A stretch of 64,000 nt of DNA from Octopus sinensis (lineage: Eukaryota), in the NCBI RefSeq assembly GCF_006345805.1, contig NC_043017.1, positions 31,744,001-31,808,000 on the forward strand, read 5' to 3'. Below, piece by piece: positions 53,911 to 64,000 of the stretch. The translations under genes were made by a program, and so were the position numbers. Position 1 is the first letter of the stretch, and each line of letters begins with the position of its first letter. The notes beneath the pieces are model-generated. The model did no database searches. It was not told where the DNA came from and saw nothing but the letters and a program-made list of their open reading frames with translations.

Positions 53911-54559
53911 CCATATGTGTAGTCAGAGAGCCACATCATGCTCCGTGTCAGCTTTAACTTGGTTTCTATGGCTGATGGCCTTCCTGGCGCCAACCATTTT
54001 CAGCGTGTAATGAGGGCTTTTCCTTGTGCCACTGATCAAAGGTTTCTCTTCTTCATCACCAGACGAAAAATACAAATAAAATAAAAAGAATCTGGCCTGG
54101 AGCTTCCATTTCATTAATCAGTCATCAGAAACTTATTATGAGATCACTGAGATCATCTGAGTTGCCATGGTGACCATCCATCTCTAACATGTAGACGCCA
54201 CTGCAGCAGCAAAAACTTTGAAAGGAGACATTGTGCTTATGGCAAAAGGTCTGAGTATGATTATTAGTGGTTTCTCATCAATCGGCTGAGCAGCTGTTCA
54301 TTCGACGCAGTGATGATATCTGCGAGAGTAAACAGTTATTCGAGTACCAGGCTTATACAACTGTCACAGATATGTGACTCTGTACTAGGCCCAAGACAGC
54401 TTTCTGTGCCTCTGTACATGTGTGTAATGGGGTGCATGTTTATGTGTGTATGAAAGTTTGTTCTTGAATCTGAGTATCTTCCTTACAGTTGCTTATGGCT
54501 GCATGTTTATATAAAGCAGTATGTAGTCCGTCCACTTTGCTTGTTTGTTCCTTCTCAAG

Positions 54560-55155
54560 CCATGCCTGGCTCATAAGGGCTGGTTTCCCGGTTTCTTTGG
54601 CATTTAGGTTCCCCAGCTGGACGGGACGTCTGTCTGTCACAGGTGAGCTGCAAGATGCAGGAGGAAAGAGTGAGAGAAAGTTGTGGCGAAAGAGTCAGCA
54701 GAAGTTCACCATTGCCTTCTGCCAGAGCTGCGTGGAGCTTAGGTGTTTTGCTCATAAACACACACATCGCCCGGTCTGAGATTCAAACTCACGATCCCTC
54801 GACCGCGACTCTGCTGCTCTAACCACTAGGCTATGTGCCTCCACACTCCATCCACTGAATTGACCCAAGTACATGTATGCAGCCATGCCTGGCTCATAGG
54901 GGCCGGTTTCCCGGTTTCTTTGGTGTATAGGTTCCCCACCTGGACGGGATGCCAGTCCGTCGCAGGTGAGCTGCAAGATGCAGGAGGAAAGAGTGAGAGA
55001 AAGAGTCAGCAGAAGTTCACCATTACCTTCTGCCGGAGCTGCGTGGAGCTTAGGTGTTTCGCTCATAAACACACATATCGCCCGGTCTGAGATATAACCC
55101 ACGATCTCTCGACCACGAGTCCGCTGCTCTAACTACTAAGCCATGTGCCTCCACA
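54560..55155 (-). mobile_element. Tandem pair of SINE C copies (period ~310 bp)
   Basis: gccatgcctggctcata.gggc.ggtttcccggtttctttgg...ctaaccact repeated. Confidence 0.85.
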
Positions 55156-55699
55156 GTCTGTCCACTGAATTAACCCAAGTAGATGTATGCTACTTATTCT
55201 ATCGTTTCCAGAGGGGAATGACATACAAAATATATTCTCTGATGTGAGTTGAACAACGGATGTTGATTACTGAAACTAATTAGTGTATTGATTAATTCTA
55301 CATAAGAAAGTATTTACAACTCTAGAGAGCCATGCACTTTTAGGGTTATGACCGCTAAGGACACGTGCAGATTTAATAACCAAAGTTTTGAAAATTCAAC
55401 CTAGTTGGCTTGCGTTGGTTATATCGTGTGTATAACTCCAAAATTATTTTAGATCAAATGTTAGAAATATTTTCAGTTATCAGATTAATTAACTTTCAGT
55501 AGAGATGACCTACAGAACCTTGTAATTACGGTAAATGACAAAGGAATATAAATTATTATAATTAAGAGAAAACCAATTGAACTGACACCAAAGATAACAG
55601 AGTTGGGATGAAGGTAATCAAAACAGAGGAATGCAACCAAAACTCCAAAGAAGGGCTAAAAGAGAAGAGGGAAGTCGTTTTAAGAAGCTAACATACAGC

Positions 55700-56505
55700 A
55701 TGAGTGGCTGTGTGGTAAGTAGCTTGCTTCCCAACCACATGGTTCTGGGTTCAGTCCCACTGCGTGGCACCTTGGGCAAGTGTCTACTACTATAGCCTCG
55801 GGCCTACCAAAGCCTTGTGAGATTTGGCAGACGGAAATTGAAAGAAGCCCGTTGTATATATGTATATGTATATATAAGTGTGTGTGTGTTTGTGTGTCAG
55901 TGTTTGACCCCCCAACATCGCTTGACAACCGATGCTGGTGTGTTTACGTCCCCGTAACTTAGCGGTTCGGCAAAAGAGACCGATAGAATAAGTACTAGGC
56001 TTACAAAGAATAAGTCCTGGGGTCGATTTGCTCGACTAAAGGCGGTGCTCCAGCGTGGCCACAGTCAAATGACTGAAACTAGTAAAACAGTAAAGAGTAT
56101 ATAGCATTGAGTGGCTGTGTCATAAGTAGCTTGCTTACCTACCACATGGTTTCGGGTTCAGTTCCACTGAGAGGCACCTTGGGCAAGTGTCTACTACTAT
56201 AGCCTCAGGCCGACCAAAGCCTTGTGAGTGGATTTGGTAGACAGAAACTGAAAGAAGCCCGTCGTATATATGTATATATATATATATATGTGTGTGTGTG
56301 TGGTTGTATGTCAGTGTTTGTCCCCACAACATCGCTTGACAACTGATGCTGGTGTGTTTACGACCCCGGTAACTTAGTGGTTCGGCAAAAGAGACCGATA
56401 GAATAAGTACGAGGCTTACAAAGAATAAGTCCTGGGGTCGATTTGCTCGACTAAAGGCACTGCTCCAGCATGGCCACAGTCAAATGACTGAAACAAGTAA
56501 AAGAG
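55700..56505 (+). mobile_element. Two head-to-tail SINE B copies
   Basis: Heads at ~55700 and ~56105. Confidence 0.9.
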
Positions 56506-57199
56506 TAACGAGGAAGAGATACTGACATCAAGAAAAGCTTATGAATGGAGTTGAAGGATGGATGATGTTACCAACAGTATTATCAAATAGATTATAATCT
56601 AAGATGGTGCTATGCATTTGGCAAACAAGGCAATTATCTTAAAGACAGTAGTCTAACAAATCAACCCTGGTGTTTATTTTATCAGTCTCTTTTTCTGAAC
56701 CACTATGTTATAGGAATGTAAACAAATCACCATCATTTGTCAAGTAGCGGCCGTCCAAGTATTTGGACCTGGAGATCTCTATTTCCAGCGACTTCAATGG
56801 CCACCTCCCAGTGGTGTCAGGCATCAACAAAGAGCCCTCGACTACAACAAGACAACCAAAGATTTTTTTTTGAAGGTCTAGGGTCTCCTGCCCCTAAGTC
56901 CTAGATCATCACCTAATCACCCTTACCCGTCTCGTTGCTTAACAACAACAACAACAAGTGGCAGTAGCAGACATGTGCAAATGCAAATGCGCAAACATTC
57001 ATTTATACATACTTTGCATATATATGTTGTTTTCCTGTGCACCTTTGTCCCTGCATCCTCAGCTAACAATTTATTAACTGAAAACATTGTATCCTCCCAA
57101 AACCATAATTACTTCGGGCTCACAACTCCAGATAAGCATGGACTGTTAATTACTCTAATGGACAACATATGGCTCAGAAACCTGGACGTTATCAAAGAA

Positions 57200-57572
57200 G
57201 CTTGAGAGGCAGTTGGATGGACCTTACACTCGCCTCCTTATGAGAGCTCAAAATCTCTCGGAGAAGTGTCATCCAACCAAAATGCAAATATACGGGAAAC
57301 TACCACCTGTGTCATTTCTTGTGAAAGGTAGGAGAGTCCAGTTTGCTGGGCCTTTTGTAGACCTGAAAACGAGGTAATTTCTACTCTTCTCCTCTGGAAG
57401 CCATCTGCTCGTGATACCAAAGGGTGCACATTCTCCTACCTGATGTTATCTCCAGGGATACATGCATCCAGTAACAGGACCTCCGTAATGCCATGATGGA
57501 CCGTGAAGTCTGGCATAGCATGGTAAATTCCATTGTCTGGACCACGGTCGAACAATGATGATGATGATGATG
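57200..57572 (+). pseudogene. 3' end of a second RTE-related (RTEX-like) LINE family with a (TGA)n tail
   Basis: LERQLDGPYTRLLMRAQNLS..HPTKMQIYGKLPPVS..RRVQFAG..MMDREVW, then (TGA)n. Confidence 0.72.
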
Positions 57573-57589
57573 ACATATTCTTCTAGTTT

Positions 57590-58400
57590 CAGGGCTCCAT
57601 TTACAAACAAATCTCTGGAATGCCAGTGGAGTCCAGTTTGTTGGACCCACTAGACATCACATACATGGACTGGCTAGAATGCAGGGCATTCAACCACTGT
57701 CACTCTAGTGCTCTTTTCATCAGGTTTGTAGATGACATCCTTGTATTAGCATCATCTAACGAGGTGACTGATAAAATATACAATATATTTAAGGTGGTGA
57801 GCTGGCAGAATCGTTAGCACGCCGGGCGAAATTCTTAGTGGTATTTCGTCTGTCGTTACGTTCTGAGTTCAAATTCCGCTGAGGTCGACTTTGTCTTTCA
57901 TCCTTTCGGGGTCGATAAATAAAGTACCAGTTACGCACTGGGATCGATGTAATCGACTTAATCCCTTTGTCTGTCCTTGTTTGTCCCCTCTATGTTTAGC
58001 CCCTTGTGGGCAATAAAGAAATATATACAATATATTTAATAATATCAATGAACAAATAAATTTCAAAGTGGTGCATCCCAACAACACTAGTTCCTCATCT
58101 CTGCTTTATTTTGAACTCAAAATCACAGAGAATGGATCCGTCCTCACTAAATTTTACAAAAAGTGGCATGCAGGGGCTGATTTGTACATTATAATTCATT
58201 CCTGCTCTTCAAAGTCACGAAACATGATTCATTCACATGATACACAATGAATGCAGTGAAGCAGGAAACAAGAACTCCAACACCAAATAATTCAGAAAGG
58301 TCCTGATAGAGAATAGCTACCCATACTCTTTCACTAAATGCTAGAGAATCACCAGACCACCTAACGAAACCCACACATCCATGGATAGCCTGTGATTTTG
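57590..58400 (+). pseudogene. Penelope-like element reverse transcriptase remnant, interrupted by a SINE A (57792-58022)
   Basis: IYKQISGMPVESSLLDPL..YMDWLE..FIRFVDDILV then NIFNNINEQINF..YFELKI..TKFYKK, as in PLE RTs; 17-bp TSD atatacaatatatttaa at 57776-57792 and 58023-58039. Confidence 0.75.
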
Positions 58401-58434
58401 AAACTGTCACATTTTAATGAAAAACAAACAACAT

Positions 58435-58850
58435 AGGCACAGGAGTGGCTGTGTGGTAAGTAGCTTGCTAACCAACCACATGGTTCCGGGTTCAGTCCCA
58501 CTGTGTGGCATCTTGGGCAAGTGTCTTCTGCTATAGCCCCGGGCCGACCAATGCCTTGTGAGTGGATTTGGTAGACGGAAACTGAAAGAAGCCTGTCGTA
58601 TATATGTATATATATATATATATGTATATATGTGTGTTTGTGTGTGTTTGTCCCCCTAGCATTGCTAGACAACCGATGCTGGTGTGTTTACGTCCCCGTC
58701 ACTTAGTGGTTCGGCAAAAGAGACCGATAGAATAAGTACTGGGCTTACAAAGAATAAGTCCCGGGGTCGATTTGCTCGACTAAAGGTGGTGCTCCAGCAT
58801 GGAAGCAGTCAAATGACTGAAACAAGTAAAAGAGTAAAAAGAGTAAATGC
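58435..58850 (+). mobile_element. SINE family B
   Basis: Full consensus. Confidence 0.9.
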
Positions 58851-59234
58851 TCCAATTCACCATGTAATCCTTGGGGAGGGAATGAATAACACAACTGTTA
58901 CACTCCTGACCTTTCTTGATAAGGATTCCAACTAAAAACAGACCAAATGTACTTTGCCCAAATGCCCAATCACGACTTTTAATCTTGATGCATGGAGATA
59001 ATTGATTCCAGTACCACTACAATCCCATCACATCAACCCTGGGGCTCTTTTGCAATAAGAGTTGATGGCATTGAGGATAAGCATGCTTACAATGCTTATC
59101 TTGCTCTTAGAGGGTTTCACCGGCATGCATTTAAGACTGGAAATGAAACTGGGTTAGTGGTCCTTAAGTGCAATGTAGGGGATAGGACATGGTGAAGCAA
59201 TCAGCATGATCTTCCATTCTTAGGAAGGTGGCTC

Positions 59235-59295
<61 letters not shown>

Positions 59296-60141
59296 GGGGA
59301 GAGAATAGGAAGTGTTTACGCCACAGGCAATCTAAACTAATAGGTACGGTGCCTGAGTGCTCCAATTGATTAACCATCAAAATAATTTAAATGATCTGTT
59401 AAGCTTGCCCTGCCTTGCTATTGTCTTCCTTTTCCTTTAATAATATATATATGCACATATATATGTAGACACAGAGGTAGATGACTGTGTTTCTGTATCT
59501 TTCGTTGATGTATTCCGATGAATGTGGTAAATATCTAGGGGCAAACTGTTAAAGAACTTCAGATCTCCGAAGAAAAGTTCCTTTCAATATTTCTTCTACT
59601 ACACCAGGTTACACATACAGGTCTCATTCTCGGCAACGACTACACATGAAAACCAGCGATCAGAACTTTGGGAAACTATCATCAATGTTACAAATGTTCG
59701 CCAACTGTGATTTAAAATAACAAAAAAGAAGCATATGAATAAAAACCAATTAATTCATATGTTCTGTGGCGTGTTACAAAGTTTTTCGTTAGCAAGTGTA
59801 GCTAATTGATGCCAACACTCTGCTAGTTGTGTCTGCCACATTAAATAAATATCAATAATAAAGTTATTTATCTAAATACTGACCATATGTAAGACAGTTT
59901 AACTGAAAACTTGATTATTTTTTTTCATGCAAGTTTTATAAAATTACAAAGATAAATATTTAGGACGCACGCACATACACATACACATACACACATGCAA
60001 ACACACACACAAGATATACAAGCACATGCACATATACATATGTATATGTATATGCATATGAGTGCACATATATGTGTGTGTGTGTGTGCATATATATTTA
60101 TAAATACACATGTACATATATATTAATATTCATATATACAC

Positions 60142-60176
<35 letters not shown>

Positions 60177-60534
60177 GAGAGAGAGAGGAAAGAGAGAAGG
60201 GTAGAGAGTATATATATTCATATATATATATATATGTATATATATATACATATATATATATATATTTATATATATATATATTCATATACATATATATATA
60301 TATATTCATATACATATATATATATTCATATATCTATATATTATTATTATATATTATATATATATATATATATTTGTATATGCACACTCGCATATATGTG
60401 CATATGCATATAGATACATACATACATACATACATACATACATACATGCACACTCATAGGCAGAGGGAGACAGGAGAGAGAATAGAAGATATATATATAT
60501 ATATATATACTCGCATCTATATATGGTTGTATAT

Positions 60535-60588
<54 letters not shown>

Positions 60589-61539
60589 CACATGTATGTG
60601 CACACTATAAGTAAATAGTAATTCAATAATATTGTACATTAGTTTTATTCAACATTAAAAAAAAGAAAAACAACTAAAATGGATTAAAAATAGAGAATGT
60701 AATCAAATTTTGGTCAAAGAAGTTTACTCAATTGAAATGTTTTTTTTATGTTCCCAAATATGAATATGTGTTTGAGTGTGTGTGTGTGTGGGGTGCTTGG
60801 TGAGTATAATGTGTGAGAATGTATAAGTGTGTATTGATAGGTATACCAATAAATATTTTAATTTTAAATTATTTTGATTATATTTTACAGACTTTTGCTT
60901 GTTTTTCTTATTAATATAATGTGTGCCTGTATATATAAATATATGTATATATATATTTATTTATATATATAGATAATTATGTACGTACATATGTATGTAT
61001 GTATGTAAGCATATATGTGTGTATGTATATGTGTGTAAATCATAAAAATATATATAAAATTTAGGGTATGCAGAATTATACCTAAATATAAAATAGAAGT
61101 AGTGGACTATGTGTGAGAACTCAATACATTTTATGAAACTATTCTGCAAAACTTCTTGTCAGGTGCAGAAAGCAGACGTGATCTTGTAGAATTTCCTACA
61201 GAGAAATACACCTCTTGCCACGTCAGTATTTTGGGGGTAGCCGCTATCTACACCAGTAGATGCATGTGGTGTGTGTAGGGGTACAATATGTGTGGGAGCT
61301 TATGCAGGGGATGGTATATTTAAAAATATATATTTATATATATATGTGTGTATGTATCTATCTATCTATATAAATGTGTGTGTGCGTGTATATATATATA
61401 TATATATATGGTATATTTATGGATAGATAAGTAGATAGCTAAATACACATACACACACACACACATGTATATGTGAGTGCATATATCTATATATGTACAT
61501 GTATGTATGTAATATGTTTCACAAGATAATAGAAAGGTA

Positions 61540-62590
61540 AGCTGAGAAAGGGTTATGGAAATGTTGGGACAAGGGAGATGAGATGTGTTCTGTGTAGAAA
61601 AGTTAAAAAGAAAAGGAGCCCCAGTCAGACCCCTCTTGAGCAAGGAACAATAGTGAAATATCTTCTGGATGAGTATTAAAGACAGAGTATGTGAAATAAG
61701 CATTTTGTTAGAAGAAAAATTGAGAGATAATGTGGTTGAGATTGTTAGAATAAGTGACAGGACAATAAAGCTTATGATAATCTCAAACAAGATGGCAGAG
61801 ACATTCATTTCAGCTAACAGGACTTACAGACACAGTAGGACTTCGTTTATGAGACCCTTCTACAGACCAGAGAAGCTATTAGGAAATCGTCCAATATGCC
61901 CATTAATATTGCTGGCAGTGACTTCGATGTCACAGTCAACAACTTTAATGGGCATATTGGACAACTTCCCAATATTTTCTCTGGTTTACATGGAAGATAC
62001 AGTTATGATACATTGAATGAAAAAGGACGAGGTCTCCGCGAGTTCTTTGATGTAAACGACACTATTGTTTCTAAAGAATAACTTCAGGAAACAGGCTAAC
62101 TCTCTGGTCATGTCTGAGACTTGCAGACACTAGATTCAGATGCACTTGTTTCTCACTCAGAAGTGAGATAAACAAAGAGTTGAGATCACTAAGTCTTTCT
62201 CTAGAGAAGATTGTACTACTTTAATTGGTAATTAGTAACTAGTTAGTGGTTTGTGACTTTATAGTAAGATTTAGTCAGACTCAAAGACAAAAAACAATCT
62301 GGAAAACAAGAACATTAAAAGCACCTTCAACTAACAATGGTTTCATACAAGTACTAATTGATGCATATAATGAGATAGAGTTGTTGAGAAGATAAAAACT
62401 ATCTTGCAATTAGGACACATGGTAGTAATTTGCATACTCATTTACATATTACAAGAAATGATCAATGACTAATGAAAAGTTATATCCTCATCAAATGCAG
62501 TGAAAACAAGCAAGGTGCTTTTGAAGGAAACTAATATAGAAACATAAAATTGGTGGATAAAGTTATGAAAACAAAAGGAGTTGGTTACAG
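61540..62590 (+). pseudogene. Highly degenerate RTE LINE: APE endonuclease region and pre-RT remnants
   Basis: ILLEEKLRDNVVEIVRISDR, NFNGHIG, NEKGRGLREFFD; later YRNIKLVDKVMK-like. Confidence 0.7.
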
Positions 62591-63329
62591 TGAGTGCAAT
62601 TAATGGCTGAAAAATAGAATGATGCTGATCCATAGTTCTAAGACAAATATTGGGAAGGAATGTTTTGCCAAGAACAAACTCCTATACCTAATATTCATCA
62701 ACCAGGTAAAGTCCAACCCTAAAGTCCAACCCTTCCTCAAAGTGGTAGGGTGGTGTAAACGGGCAGTGTCAGAGCTATGTCGTCGGGAACTTTGGTTCCT
62801 GGTAGGGCCACCCAAGGAGGATTGGTCTGGCACTGAGTGGTATTAGGGCTGCAGCCTGGCCAATGGGTCTCTGGTAAAAATTCCAAGAGGCATCTGATTG
62901 GCAATCGGCGGCTTTGAGGTTGTTCTGTCCCTGCGTCTGTGGAGACTCTGCGGCAAACAGGGTGTCCCGTCACTCGGGATATGCATGTGGGATGTCCGTG
63001 GACCGCTTGTGAATTCAATATTTCCACGAAACTTCTATGAATCCTATGGAACCGCAAATGGCTTGCTATCTCCAGGGACCTCGCATGAGAAGATATGGTG
63101 AAAGCTGAAGTCAAGTGGCTGAACTAACAATAACAAGCAGTTGTAACAAAAATGGTACAAGACAGGGTTGAAGACAATCTCTCCAATTCATACAAGTTTG
63201 AGAAAACAGACATATGTGTATGTGTGTGTGTGTCATTATCTTTTACTTGTCTCAGTCATTAGACGGCAACCATGCTACATCTTCTTAAACTGTGTCCATC
63301 TTTCTTTTATTAGGGGTAATTATGTCCTT

Positions 63330-63355
63330 TATTTCCATGTACTTAGTATTCTCAG

Positions 63356-63386
<31 letters not shown>

Positions 63387-63825
63387 CACACACGTACATA
63401 TGTGTGTGTATATGTGTGTTTGAGTGAGTGTACGTAGGTGTATATATATATATATGTATATATATATGTATGTGTACATGTGCACCCACATATGCACACA
63501 CACACATACACACACATTCATGCACACACACACGCATACACACATATACTTTCACACACATGCACACACATATTCACACACACACACATGCACACACATT
63601 CATGCAGACACACTCACCCACACACACGCACACACACACACACATTCACACACACGCATGCACATACACACACACACACACATACTTTCACACACATACA
63701 CGCACACATTCACACACACACATGCACACACATTCATGCAGACACACTCACCCACACACACACATTCACACACACACGCATGCACACACGCATGCACCCC
63801 CACACACACACACATACACACACAT
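63330..63825. repeat. Compound (TG)/(TA)/(CA)n microsatellite
   Basis: Visible directly. Confidence 0.95.
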
Positions 63826-64000
63826 TATAATCTTAAGACTATAAATTGTCCCTACTGTAAGTTTTACGTTCCCTGTCTTGAATAATCTGTTCTGTGAATC
63901 CGTGTTGAAATATTATATGAAAGATATTTAGGAAACACTTATCTTTATGACTGTTTTTTTTTTTTAAAGAATTGTCTTGTACGTGATATATATAAAATAG

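Noticed and set aside
54095-54135. Minus ctgatgactgattaatgaaatgg
   Set aside because: Core spacing fits, but stem II and stem III do not pair.
54264-54319. Possible minus-strand terminal exon (..ctctcgcag|DIITASNEQLLSRLMRNH*)
   Set aside because: The acceptor is plausible, but the peptide is short, unrecognised and has no partner exons; it needs RNA-seq.
58830-59200. GIY-YIG endonuclease continuing the PLE remnant
   Set aside because: Only a CxxxxC-like piece; no GIY or YIG motif is visible.
59480-59720. Possible host exon
   Set aside because: The minus frame LKFFNSLPLDI resembles a decayed CR1/Jockey-type LINE end, and there are stops in the neighbouring frames.

Overview
Eukaryotic, AT-rich, repeat-saturated DNA with no recognisable host protein-coding exon. 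The SINE families and extreme microsatellite load suggest an octopod cephalopod intron or intergenic region (inference, not database-checked). Contents: more than 30 tRNA-derived SINE copies of at least 3 families; RTE-clade LINE copies, one with a 444-aa open RT ORF carrying an inserted C4HC3 (PHD-type) finger; remnants of mariner, Dong/R4-like, Penelope-like (PLE) and MITE/Helentron-type elements; many microsatellites; and one N gap. The most interesting signal is a set of hammerhead-ribozyme (HHR) motifs found by eye. One has an intact core (17448-17519, minus) and one has a G12A change (27390-27472). Four degenerate copies sit back-to-back in a nested palindrome (34113-34812), and their consensus is a canonical minimal type I HHR. 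A 9-copy, ~230-bp tandem array (22.3-24.3 kb) carries an HHR-like fold with a U at core position 6 in each unit, resembling a non-LTR retrozyme. Most of these motifs lie in or beside long inverted repeats embedded in (TA)n tracts, and a PLE RT remnant is present at 57.6-58.4 kb. All folds were assigned manually and none has been tested.
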